DNA from: Marsupella aquatica
Taxonomy: Eukaryota > Plantae > Marchantiophyta
Reading direction: 5' to 3'
Length of the DNA: 64,000 bases
Assembly (NCBI GenBank): GCA_973895155.1
Contig: OZ316896.1
Location: 13,385,369-13,449,368 of the forward strand
Both the position numbers and the translations under genes were made by a program. Each line of letters opens with the position of its first letter. Within the stretch, counting starts at the first letter, position 1. The notes beneath the pieces were generated by a model. That model worked only from the letters and a program-made list of their open reading frames with translations, was not told where the DNA came from and ran no database searches. Of this stretch, positions 36,350-49,185 are shown one piece after another.

Positions 36350-39189
36350 CCAATTAGTTTGCACTATAGAGCTTTTAAGCATATTGTCACTAAAGATGTT
36401 TGAATTTATAATACTATCATTATTTTTTATTTTTTTACAAAAATACCACTTTTCTGTATATAGTTCCTCTAATTATCTTGGTAAACTTGTTATCCATATA
36501 CAAAACAATGATATTTTTATAAATACAAAAAAAACAGTGAGAGTATTATGAATTAGAACATTTTTAGTGGTAAAGTAATCAAAAATTGTTGCACTATATG
36601 CATGGTCATTGATGAATTTAGCAAGTTTGACAAAGGATTGCCTTTTGGGGAGCCCCACTGGGACGCACTGGGTTTAAACCTGCCCTCACAGCCTATCAGA
36701 AGTTGCTTCCCATGCGCCAAAACTACAATGCTTGGGCACCCCTGCAATTTGGGTTTTCACATTTTTGCCAAAATCAAGGGAGGGTGCCAATGCTGCATCT
36801 CAATCCTCGTGAACCACCTTGCTGCATCTCGGAATGGCAGCAGGCACCGTGCGCATTGCTTGCTCAAGCTTAGGTAGTGGCACAGGTGGGGCTCATCCAA
36901 GGGTGCCCTCCACCACCCTAAATGTGGCCACTATCTGAACAAGTCACCCACCCCTTTACCAGGTGAGAGTATGGTGAACGATGGATATACTCTAACCCAG
37001 TTCTAGGGACAATGTTGCGACTGTAAAGAACAAGGTGATTGGGTGATCTAAACATAATATATCCTGCATGCCACTGATCCAAACAGCTATGTCTCCAACT
37101 CCTGGGAGGTATTTGCTTAATAGATCCCCAAATTTTATTTTATTTTAACTGTTATTTGCCTGGACTCTATTGAGGATATTGATATCAGGGATCACCTGTG
37201 GATCCATCAAATAATAATTTTCATTTTGGGGGTCTAGCAAGCACAAATTGTCAACTCCCAATAAAAAAATGTTAAACAGAGTGTTCTAAACAGGACGGCT
37301 CCCGTCTGGTGGTACTCCAAATAGGTAGGCAAGGGGGGCTTGGGGTTGGGTTTGTTAACGTTATTCATCGAACATCACTACTTCCGATGTAAGAACCAGT
37401 CGTAAATTGTCCCCGGCACGTGTCAGGCAGGGTATGGAATATCGTTGACTGGGATTCAAGTTTAAATCTTGTTCAGTGTTGACGTCATCCTTCTTTAGGA
37501 GTACTATTTTTTAATTGTATTTTAGTGTCCGTTACATTGGTTCCCCAGTGTCTCACGGTCTCTCTTTCGCCTGGCTCCACATATATAAGGCAAAGATTCC
37601 CATGGATAAAATACTCGCATGTACCTACCAGTAGGTTTCTGGGGGTGTGCATTTTATTTCTTTTGATTTTGGTGTTTGCTCTCTCTTTGGCTTTTATTCT
37701 TTATACATTGCTTGCCCCCTTTCCTGTGGCTCCTTTTCTCCTCAAAACATCTACAGGACCACTAATGTCCAATAGTTTGGTTGGTCTTTAGATTTTGGTG
37801 TTTGTCCAACACTGGACCGCTTTTGCTTTTATTACTTTGTACATTATTTGGCAGTTTTTCCCTTACAAAAATGCAGTACTAATGTCTAATAGTTTGGTTC
37901 CCTTACTTCCATGAATTTTTCAATTATTTTTTACGACGGGAGAGAAAACTGCCCAAGAGTGAAATGTTTAATAGTTGTGTACCTTGCTTTGATGAATTAC
38001 AATTTAATGTTTTCTAATGTTGGAAGCTTTGTTAGTCACCAACAACTAATGCACCAGCAAGTGCAAGATGAAATTAAAACAACACAAGAAAGTTAAGAAA
38101 CTAGTAAAAGTCAACCCAAAAAATCAACACCCATCTTGTATGGCCAAAGAGACTCAAAAAAGCATAAGGAATAGAATACCTAGCAAAAGAATATGTTTAT
38201 CTTTTGGGACAGAAAGTGAAAGCTCTCCCAAGAGGGTATGCAGTGCATTTGGCTTTGTTCCGTGTGGAAAAGTCCTTTCAATTTGCATTGGAAAAGAGGA
38301 TTAGAAACCAACTAACAACTATCCTACAGGTCTGTTCAAACGAGTAAGATAGGAAAGAAAGAAAAGAAAAGAAAAAAAAAGGAGAGCATGATAAAACCTT
38401 GCTTCAAGGAACACAAGAAGAAGGCCCTAGCCCCAATGACCAGTACGAGTTTAAGAGATAATTGACTGAGTGCATTTGGGAATTATTGACTCAACGGAGT
38501 AAAGTCAATTGTGGTAGGATTCTATCCGAAGGTAGGGTAGCCCAAAATATTGTAGATATTGTAATCAGATTCTTGGAAATACACAGCAAAAGTGTCCTGG
38601 GATGGTACAAATTATAACAGGAGCATGGGTGCAGCAGCTGACACTACAATCGAGGTGGAGGTAGATAGGAAGATCCTTGGTGGGACTAATGCGCTCTTTG
38701 GCCACTGGCCCAATATATATCTACTACATCCAAAAGCTACAATAAGGGTCTAGTACTAATAGGTGTAGAACTGAAAATGGACACAAAGGTACTCATCAAT
38801 CATCTACTGTAGTTACAAGCAAAGTTCAGGCTAGTAGATTAAAACATAACTGAAGCACTTCATCCAATGGAGGAAACTCTGTTCATTTTGGCGTGTGACG
38901 AAACAATAAAAAAAATCCTTGCACTAGCAAAATTTTATTCAAGTGAACCCTGTTTTTCTATATCCAACTGCCTCGCTAACAACAAACCTGGTATGTAGCA
39001 TCCATTACTCCTCTTTTGGCTAGCAATTTCAAGTATAAAAAACACTAAAAATCTATAAGGCAGGAAAAATCAAAAGAAAACTATACCACTAGTGACTCCT
39101 AACAACAGGGTCCTCCCTATCAAAATTCATCTTTGCTCAGGATGTAATACCTCAGGATCTGGTATAATCTATCTACTCTAAATCCAATC

Positions 39190-40125
39190 TTGGGCTCACA
39201 AACTTTGTTGAAAATACTGCCTAGCTTTGCACCGCTATCGCAAAAGCAACAAAGTCCATCCTTGGATGGACCACCACATTTGACCTAGGGACTGAAGGAC
39301 CATGCAACCTTTTGACACCCAAAAATGTGAGCATTCATTCATTCAAAACAAAGTTACTAGCCTGACATAGGTTACAATACAGCTAAAGTATTGGGATAAT
39401 CTCTCAAGACAAATACAATCTTGGACACAATCATAAACTTTATTGAAAAAATGACGTTGCTGTGCATCACAATGTATGAATTGTTCAAAGGCAACAAGGT
39501 TCCTGCTTGGATGGACCACCACATTTGACATAGGGACCCCAGGAACCAACAACCTTTTGACACCCAAAAATGTGAGCGTCCATTGAAAGGAAAGTCTTTG
39601 CCATGCTATAAATTTAGCTAAAGCACTAGAATGAAGGGTACTCTGATAGTCTCTCAAGACAAAATAAAATCTTGAACACATAGACTTTGTTGAAAACATG
39701 ACGTTGCTTTACATCACAAAGGGAACTAATTGTTAAGGCAGAAGAAACAAAGTTTATGTTTAGATGGACCACCACATTTGACTTAGAGGGATTCAACCAT
39801 GCAGCCTTTTGATAGGCAAAACTGTGAGCATTTTTACAAAGGAAAGTCACTGGCCTGGTATGGGTTAAAATACTGCTAACGGGGTTCACTAAATGTAGGG
39901 TTAGGGAACTGGGATAATCGCTCAAGACAAAAAACAGTCTTGGACATAGAAACTTTGATGAAAATATGACGTTTCTTTACATCACCAAAAGAATAATTTG
40001 TTCAGTGGCAAATCCTTAAAAAGTTTATTCTTGGATGGACCACAACATTTGACCTAAGGATCCCGATTGAGACACGCAACATTTTCACACCAAAAATGTG
40101 AGCATTCATACAAAGGAAAGGTACT
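39190..40125. repeat. Degenerate ~250-bp tandem repeat, ~4 copies
   Basis: TTGGATGGACCACCACATTTGAC.TAGG...CACCCAAAAATGTGAGCATT recurs at ~39262, 39507, 39760 and 40031. Confidence 0.8.
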
Positions 40126-43100
40126 ATCTGAATAAAAACTATTATATAATATTCTGAGATGGCCCTTTCCAGTTCTTTCTCAAATGTGGTCCATGGGTTC
40201 ATCTATTTCCAAATTCTGCACCAAAGAAACCCAGGAGGTTATTGAGAAGTGTCATCATAACAAAACCTACTGTCTCCCCCAAAACGCAGTGGCATGGAGT
40301 TGTGATCAAAAATGAAAATTTTCAGGTACGGTGAAAAAATGTCATTTGACCTCAAATGCAACGTCTATTTAGCACAACACCCGTGCATTGTGTTTGCGCT
40401 GAAAGCTATGTTCAAGTTCTGGCCCTAACCTGTTCTACTTTGAGCGACAATAGATACAAAAGTCATGAATCATATGATAATCTCAATATTCAAGCACAAC
40501 ACCTGGGATTGTGTCCCGCCTATAACTCCTCTTGTAAACAAATGACTGAGGAGTTTAGGCAGGATTGTATATTGTAGTGCCTGGTTATAGGTCACACATG
40601 GCAGTTTCTGTTATGCACAGATTTTGCTGAGGCTCGGAGTTGGTTTCATGCTGGGCTATACCTTGTTGATTTCTTCTGCTTCCAAGTGGCTTATTTCCCT
40701 TTGGGGTTGACAGGTCTCTACTTAAGTTGCTGTTGTCAGTTTTTTGCTTTCAAGGTTAATTGTTGGAATGGTATGCCCTCTTTGGCTGTTGGCCTTGTGT
40801 TATAAAGCTTCTGGCCTTTTCCAACATTAAAGAGATTAATCAACAAACCCTCTCTTGCATGCGCAACCAGCCTCAAGATTGAATATATGGGGAAAACCCC
40901 AGGGAAAACCCTCCATATCTAGAAACAATGAGAGAAGTAAAAATTACCCAGAGGATAAAAGAAAACACAAACGTTTGCATCCACACGGTCAGATAGGACC
41001 AAGGTACACAACCCTGAATGTGTTTGTCCAACGCAAGAAGATAAACAAACTAAGGCCTACTAAACTAAAGAACCATAAGAAAGAATTCACCCAATTTAAA
41101 ATCGTTGATTTTCCTGTGAAGACCTGTACCCAAATGGCTAAGAGCAGCTCCAGCAGTATTTGCTTTTGAGCCTACAACTGCTACTTTTTGTAGTTTATGT
41201 ACAGGTTCTCTCAAGCTACCAAGTTCCCCAATGGCTCCTACATCCAATAATTTGTGACAATCCAGAAAAAGGAACACTCACTCGTCATCCTTGTGTGTAG
41301 GGAAAGAGCTTTCACTCCACCACAGATGCGGAGCTATGAACCTTCTGACTCTAAGGTTGTCAAAACTAACATAGAGAATTGAGCTTTTAAGGGATAACTC
41401 ATTTCATCCAAAAGACATATTTCTCACAAGCATTCCTTTCTAACATACTCCTCTTTGTCGTGAAATGTGGTGACGTGACATAAACACAATGTCAATATGC
41501 GGCCAAACCATCAAAACCATCAAATTCAGAAACCAAAAAATGTTGCAATTGTAGGAACAATAAAATGGCATGTACATAGTGGAGTTGAAATCTTTGTGTA
41601 AAAGTGCATCATAGAAATTAGTGTATTGAAGTAAAAGCATGAAATGAAAGTTACTGGAAGAATAAAAAAAACCAGCTGGAGCATCTGAGGAATCCATGTC
41701 TTAACTTAGTGTACCTAATGACGAGCTGTGTCTGAATTACTCTGACTGCCTTGACAAATATTCAAGAAAACTAAGTAATAAGAGGGAAAACCCTACCTAA
41801 GTAATTGGTAAAGCAAGAGGTGTCCCTAATAAATGTCCTTGCTTGAAGAGAATCCAACAAAAGCCCAACAAAAGCTCAGAGTCAAATATAGCCCTAACTA
41901 GGGCAAATGGAACACAAATCACAAGCTGACAAAAACACAATGGGCCCAAAGACCTGGCGGTCATGAAGGGATATGGCGAGTGGAACTAACGGCCATGTAC
42001 CTATGCACTACATCTCTACTCTTTTCCCCTCCTATGCAATATGCTTATGTGCCTCTGCAAAGTTACTCAATAATGAAGGGTCTTTTTATTGGGGCACTCA
42101 TTTCCGGGGATTTAGGCTAGAGATTTGAAGAAGAGCGCCCCAAATGATCAAGGAAAACCTAACATACGATACTTTCCAGGGATATTGAGGCCATCATTCT
42201 TTTCAAAGACATAAAAATTTAGTTCAGGCCTAAAAGAGAAAACCTTGGAAATTACCTGTTGAGTGCCCCAAATGATCAACGGAAAACCTTACATGCCATC
42301 TAGGGGGCGAGTGCTACCAATGATCAAAGAAAACCTTACATAAAGTACCTTCTCGGTACATTGAGGGACTCCCACTCCGGATCCATCACCAATGACTGGA
42401 ACCAGGCATTTATTTGCTTATGTGGGGGTGATGTCAGCGGCATATATCGCATTTTAGGAGTTAGTATTCCTGACTTCGCAAAGAACGTATATGTACCTGC
42501 GTACCTTAACTAGTTTCGCACTGTTCTTTTTATTGTATGAGCATAAAGGATCAACTCAGGTTGCTGTTTTGTCCTTTAGGACCAATGGATTTAAGGGATG
42601 TACGATACTTTGTATTCGATCCCCTCTTTAATTATTCCATTACCAATAAGCATTATTTACGAGGATGGATGATTGTATTGAAGTCGCATGCACAAAATCT
42701 GTCAATGTAGATGTACACAACTCATTATACAGCATGTGTACTGATACGTAAATATAACACTTACTTCAGTTAACTTACCATAGCCAACGAGATTGACTGA
42801 TTGAGGACATATTTAATGTAATATTTTTGGAACGCGCTTCTTCATTTAATTCACTCCACGTTTCAGTTCATACACGTGTACAGAAGGTTATGCTTGTGTA
42901 TAGGACTGTACTGTACATTGCGACATCACCTTGCAAGGTAATGATTATTATATTTGTTTGGTTTCTCGTTAGGGGTTTAAGGTTTTGACACTAGGACAAA
43001 GCCCATCAGTCCAGTACTACTATTACTTAGTGATTATTTACAGGACTCCTGGGAGTCACAGCCTAAGATTGCAAACAAGATTCTGCAAAGTAAGCTGTGA

Positions 43101-44062
43101 AACAGACATAATTTTTATGAATACATAATTTGTTGTGATATATAATGTTTTTAGGAGAATGGGCATAAAATGGCAATGGAGCGACATAGGATAGAACGTC
43201 CTTCAGAAAGTGGCTTCTCCTCATAGATGAATGCTTGGCCTAGGAGTCTGGTTGATTTGTTTATGTTTGGAGAAATAGGAACAAAGCTGCACTTATTAAA
43301 TAACACATTTACATGCAAGGGAGTCTGGGTATGAAGAGGTGGGGGGGGGGGGGATGTTTGTCTCCAAGGAGTTTTGGTGCTGAACAGGAGCATTTCTTAC
43401 CCTAGGCAGTGTATGACAAGTGAGATGTCTTGATCTACTTAGCTAAGAATGGGCTGGCCAGCTGCTCCCAAGTGTCTTCCATCAAAAACTACAACTCACA
43501 AAACTTGGTTTCTATTTGAACACACTGTTCTCATATTAGAGAGCCCATGCCTTGTGTTTGAGTAAGGTGCCATGTTCCAATAATGGCCAACTCCAAAACT
43601 CATGTTCCAATGAGAAAGGCTAGGCGTCTTATTTTAATACACTGTTCATTCCTTAAATAGAAAACCCCATCGTTTGCTCAAATAAAACGGGAAATAAAAT
43701 TATTGCTAAAACTTAAACATGGGGTTCAAGGTACACCATTTGAATGGAGCATGGCAATAGTTGGACCTCAAGTCAGTTCACTGCACTAACAAAAATAAAT
43801 CAGCTGCATGGTGTGAGACATGTCCCAATTTAAGTGCCATGACATTACCAGGACAGAGACAAATGAACCAGAGCACCCCAGGGGAGAATGAAGCTTACCC
43901 TTGCAGGACTCTTGGCAGCATGGACAACAAGTGAGTGACCCCTCAAGGATGTACTCCTCCAGTTCCATGGTTATCCAAGCGCATTGAAATCAGAGGTGAT
44001 CAACAGTGGAGATGGACATGGCTGGAAAATGTAGGCCCACTCATATAAAAAAGCACCACCAG

Positions 44063-44196
44063 TGCCCAGAGAGACATGACTTTGTGGTAGTTCACTTAAG
44101 TAGCGACCAATAGGTTTTGGGTTCAACTATTGTGGCTGACTCTTCCCTTTCTGTGGGGTTTCACAGATTTCCCTTTAAAAAATAAAATTAAAAAAT
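44063..44196 (+). mobile_element. tRNA-like SINE, family 1, copy 3
   Basis: Same consensus with an A-rich tail and a 10-bp TSD GCACCACCAG (44053-44062, 44197-44206). Confidence 0.78.
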
Positions 44197-47100
44197 GCAC
44201 CACCAGCAAGCTTATGCTATGGTGGGACTCTTCCTGGAAACATGATTCTCTCACCACTCTTGTGGACTAGCTCATCCCTCACATTCATGCATGCAGTTCT
44301 TTCAATCTGTTGTTGTCTCTTTTGTTATTCTAAAAGTTCAACCTGAGCTGTGGTACATTTTGGAAGAAAGATGTTTTCATTACTTGTAGAGAAAGCATCT
44401 ATCTCACAAAGGCATCGTAAATATCAGGGTTGCTTCCAATCATGTAAGGTTGCACCCAAGAATAAGTTGCAGGCCCTCAAATGTGCACTTTTCACATTTG
44501 ACTTTCACGCTTGGCAGTGGGAGTCACTAAATTTTCAATCAAGACAAAAGTGTTTAAATGGATCGCCACAAGGGTTTGTAAGAAACATAGTGATACTCTG
44601 TTAGCATTTTTTAAGAGCAACAAGAAAAGTTGACTAAAGTGCTGCCCCCTCCCCTTGACCAAAAACCAACCCCAGAAAATCAATCTTCTTCAAAATTATG
44701 TTGGCACGCATGAAACATAATGTCTCGGGGGCCTTGCTCCAAGGGGGGTTGCACATCATGCGCAAAGTTCTGGGGAAATAAACACACTAAAACTTAAGTA
44801 AATAAATGCTTTAAGTGATTTTATTACCCCTTACTTTTTGGAATATTCATATTTGGTTTAAAAAATACTATCATTATTAGAAGTCTCAAACTGGATTAAA
44901 ACACCCCTAATGTTCTTCCACAGAAATTTAAAAGTCTTTTATTAAATCCAATAAATAGAAGGAATTCACTGAAGGTGTTGGCTGTTGGGAAATGATCATT
45001 TTCCCCTCTCACCTGGTTGTACATTAGAAGCTTTAGTCAATTGAAGCTGTATGCCAATAGAGATTCATTGTTTGGTGGGTTCTTCCAGAGAATTTTGTAG
45101 AAGTTTTACTTGGCAATCAAGTTTCTTTGCAGATTTAATGTTTTCTGTGATAACTTCAACTCAAGCAAGCACTACAAGTGATGAAAGCGGAGCAGGAGCT
45201 TCAACACGTCAAGTTGGTGGTGTAGGAGCTGCTAGGAATGATAATGTGAACACTCACCTCCTCCTCATAGTGTAGCCGGTGAGGAAGAGTTTTAAACAAA
45301 AGCAGATTCCAATCTTGTGAAAATTGAATCATGGTCTTCCTCAGTTGAGTCTATCAATTCCCTTAAAATAGGTCTGGAGGTTCTGCAAAAATTTCCCCTC
45401 TCCCTGTAATCGTTCCCTATTTGTGTGCAGTTCCCCTCTCCCAACGTCCTCTTTCCGTGCCCTTTGTGTTCTGGTTCACCGTTAGCTGTTGGCCGTCCGC
45501 CGTTGCACTTGTTACTTCGGATGTGTCAGGTTAAGGTTCAGTTAGAACAAACTTCAAGTTCATCCTCAAATACACATGAGAGCCCTCTCAAAGGCTGATG
45601 GAACACTGCCCTTAGGTGAGGGAGAGATCGCCACCCCTGATGAAAGATGGTTCCATAAAGTTCGCCAGTCTCCTTATTACACCACTCTTGAATGATGGTT
45701 CCATAACTCTCGCAGGTCTCCTTATTACACACCTGTTGAAAGACGTTGCATCAGGTTAGCAAGTCCTCCTTTCATTACCGAAAAGAATGGACTGTAGTAC
45801 CTTGGCCAATTCCTTAAAAAATCTGCTGAGAAGTCTTTTCCTCACGTGTGCAAGCGTCATGTAGAGCATGTCCATTTGTCTCCATTTGTCCTTTCCAGGT
45901 CTTATGTCTCGTCCATAGTCCATAAGTCCTCTCAATGCAAATAGTGATTACTGAGAGAGTTTGAGTTGCATCATGAAAGAGCATCTTATTAATTGAAAAA
46001 CAAAATCATGAAAGAGGTGGTCCGTGCATAGGGCAAGTGATCTTGTTGACCTACTCTACTGCTGTCGTTTCCAATCACAATAACAGAATGAAGGGGTCAG
46101 TAAAGATGAGGTGCTGTCGTTGAACACTTGTAAATTAATGGGTCCGAGTGGATGTTAATGGGCCCAATTACACTCATTAATGTTTAGGCCTTTAAGAAAA
46201 TCTGGGAAAACCTGAATGATGAGTTTTGATGCTACTGCTAGCTAGGCTTAGACTCACTCGTGACAAGACAATGTGGGGACCCTTATATGTGCCCCCCAAT
46301 GAGGGTGTAACCCGGGAATGGTGTATAAACCATGGGAAATGAGAGGATCTATGTGGGGCACATATAAGGGTGTGTCAAAGCATTACCATTAAGTAAAATA
46401 TTATGGCTGTGATTGTTTTGGAAGTCTGATACTTATGAGCACATAAGAAAGCCTGCAAGTTTTTGTCTCAACCAGAAAATCTCTTATGTTCTTGACCTTA
46501 CCCCACTTGCAGCCCTCTTTTGACACTCCCTATTGTCCCTACTTTCATTGTGCTGCCTTTCTCTATTCTCATCTTGAGATCATTTTTCTTGTGGGGCCTT
46601 TGGGTCAGGAAAAACAAGTCCTGTAAAGGGAAAACTGCCTACGAGCGATATATCTGATCGTAATTCATTCTATCCAGAGAAAGGGTGGGAGTGGAGTGCA
46701 GAATTGATACCTGGCTAGCAATCAGCTTATGAACTAGAGGTTTTATGCATACTGTAATTATTACTCTGATGCGATACATATCCAAGTTGACAAGGTACGT
46801 TCGTGTAGGATACTTACAATCCGAAGTAATAAATTAATGAAGCGAGAACAATTACTAATTGGTCTACTTCGTCATAAACCTCCTTCATAAATGGCAATTC
46901 TTCAATTTTGCCGGTGGTAATGAGTTAAAGCTTTGAAGAAAAAGGCTGGAATTAAAGTACTGGTGAATGGCACACCCAAGTACCCAACGTGTGATATTGT
47001 AATTTACATCCGGGTCATCTTTTGACGCATTACTGGAGACCTTTCCCGCGTTATTTTCGCCCCACAAACATGTTTTTATGTGCCTAGGTTTACACCTGCC

Positions 47101-47409
47101 ATTACTCGATCGAGGTACACTCTAGTGCAGCAGGTCTCCCAAATTCAGGAGGCTCAACTTATACTGTTCGGACTTGATGCTTTTACTTGCTTTTACTTCA
47201 GGTTCCATACCTGTACACTTTGGCTACTGTCGATATTTGCAATGATTATAGCCTCATTTGTATCTTTCCTTCAATGATATATTTATATACATTTGTGTCG
47301 TTCCTCAATGATTCATTTCTCCAGTGAGCCTGTTGCAATCTGAGTGTAATTGCAGATTCTTAGATCCGCTATGATTGGAAATTCAAGTATCATAGTCCTT
47401 TAAGTTTTG

Positions 47410-47703
47410 TCTTGAATGGAAATGGGGAGTAAATACAATTAGACTCTCCCCACCCCAATGTGACATTTTTTCTATAGGGAACCTAGACCAGGGTGAGCCC
47501 CAATGGATCCAACAGGACATGCACCAGGAAAGAGAGAGGATTAAATCAAGTCCACAAAGTCGGCAACCAAGGGCCAAATAGATAATCAGAACTCCAATTC
47601 ACTACCCACAAAACCCATCCCACCCACACACATATACAAGGGAGGATTGAACTTGGGATCTCCCAATCCCAGGTAAATCCCCTAGCCAATTGACCTAAGC
47701 CAC
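47410..47703 (-). mobile_element. tRNA-like SINE, family 2 (~294 bp)
   Basis: The minus-strand head GTGGCTTAGGTCAATTGGCTAG...AGATCCCAAGTTCAATCCTCCC is A/B-box-like. It is flanked by a 23-bp direct repeat GTATCATAGTCCTTTAAGTTTTG (47387-47409, 47704-47726). Confidence 0.7.
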
Positions 47704-48899
47704 GTATCATAGTCCTTTAAGTTTTGAGTCTACAATTTAACCAACTTCCATAAGATGTCTGCCATTTTTGACCTTCCAAGTCAGCCTTCAGAGAGAAACT
47801 TCACAAACAAGTGAAACATTTTTCACCTTCCAAAGTCTAGAGCCATTGAAACTCCCCGAGGCCAAATCCTTTTACACAAACCCCACCCAAACTCAAAGCA
47901 GGGTTCAGAGAAAGCTCTTTGCACTTGGTAGAAAACTGGTAATCACTCAGCATTCACAGGGCAGACAATCTTAATGCCATAAATGCATTTCAAGGGACTC
48001 ACCTTGCTCAATTAACATAGACGTCAAGCTTTCCAGTCTGAGAACATTGCCAGTGAGGAATGTATCACTGTGGCATGCAACTTCTTCTTCGGTTCTCCAG
48101 AATCTCCACTCTGTTCATTCCCCTATTAACATATTAGAAGCCCATGTGTATTGTGCACCAGCGATTTCGTACAGGGCTAGAATCCGTCATCACGTGCGTC
48201 GTTCACCGACTCACCGAGCTCCATGGTCCAATTTGATAAGGATCAAAGTGGGTACCAAGACGGTAGAGTGAATCATTCGGACCTACAGTATGCTGCAGAT
48301 GCCTCACAAGCCGGGGTGAGCATCTGGTTACCCCGATTCCATGGGGGATGGGAGATTGTCCCTTCACAGTTCACACAAAGACTCATTCCTGGCTTAGAAA
48401 TAAGAATGACTCGAGAAGCAAGGCAATCTCAGTTGGTGGGCCAAGTTTACCTTTGCGGGCATGACGGGAGAGGAAAGAGCTATGAGTGTGTCGAGGATAG
48501 ACGATTCGGTTCAAGACAGGCCCCCACCCAATCCCAGTCCGATCCTCTTAGTTGGTAGCGGTGGTGAATCTGATGCATGCTCATGCCCATTGGAAGCTTG
48601 AATAGTGCTTGCAGATCTGTTTTGTGTCTCCCGAGGCATTAGTGCCACTGTGTATCCATAGCCACGAGTAATAAAAGGCCATTCCACGAAAAGATTAGGC
48701 TCTACAGTAGCTTTTGTATTATTAAGGGTGCTATTTTATAAGAGTGCAGGTGGGAGTGCCAGCTTGAGTGTTTGTGGCTAAACATGGGAATCTAGAAGTC
48801 TAGAACCACAAAAAGTAAACAGTCTAGCCACATGGCCACGGTAAGGTATGGACCCATGGTAGTGTTAACGAACAGTCACGTGCGTTTCAAAGATTGGTT

Positions 48900-49185
48900 C
48901 AAATGGAACCACAACCTTGTTGATACAAATATATGATTGCTTTTCATATTCTCTGCCAAAAGAAGGGGCTTACATTAATGTTTCACAGTTATATCAAACA
49001 TGGAACCAGAACCTTGTTGATACAAATATATGATTGCTTTTCATATTCTCTGCCAAAAGGAGGGGCTTAAATTAATGTTTCACAATATCAAATATGGAAC
49101 CCGAACTTAGTTGACATAAATATATGATTTCTTTTCATCTTCTCTGCCAAAAGGAGGGGCGTACATTAATGTTTCACACTATCAC
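48900..49185. repeat. ~95-bp tandem repeat x3
   Basis: ATGGAACC..AACCTTGTTGATACAAATATATGATTGCTTTTCATATTCTCTGCCAAAAG.AGGGGC...TTAATGTTTCACA three times. Confidence 0.85.

Noticed and set aside
40800-41450. Possible further LINE remnants (also 51060-51340)
   Set aside because: Only faint motifs (FLFLDC, a T-rich tail); too degraded to support boundaries.
48000-48745. Possible minus-strand gene remnant (TATA-like motif near 48740, GT donors at ~48450 and ~48002)
   Set aside because: All frames contain stops and I recognise no homology.
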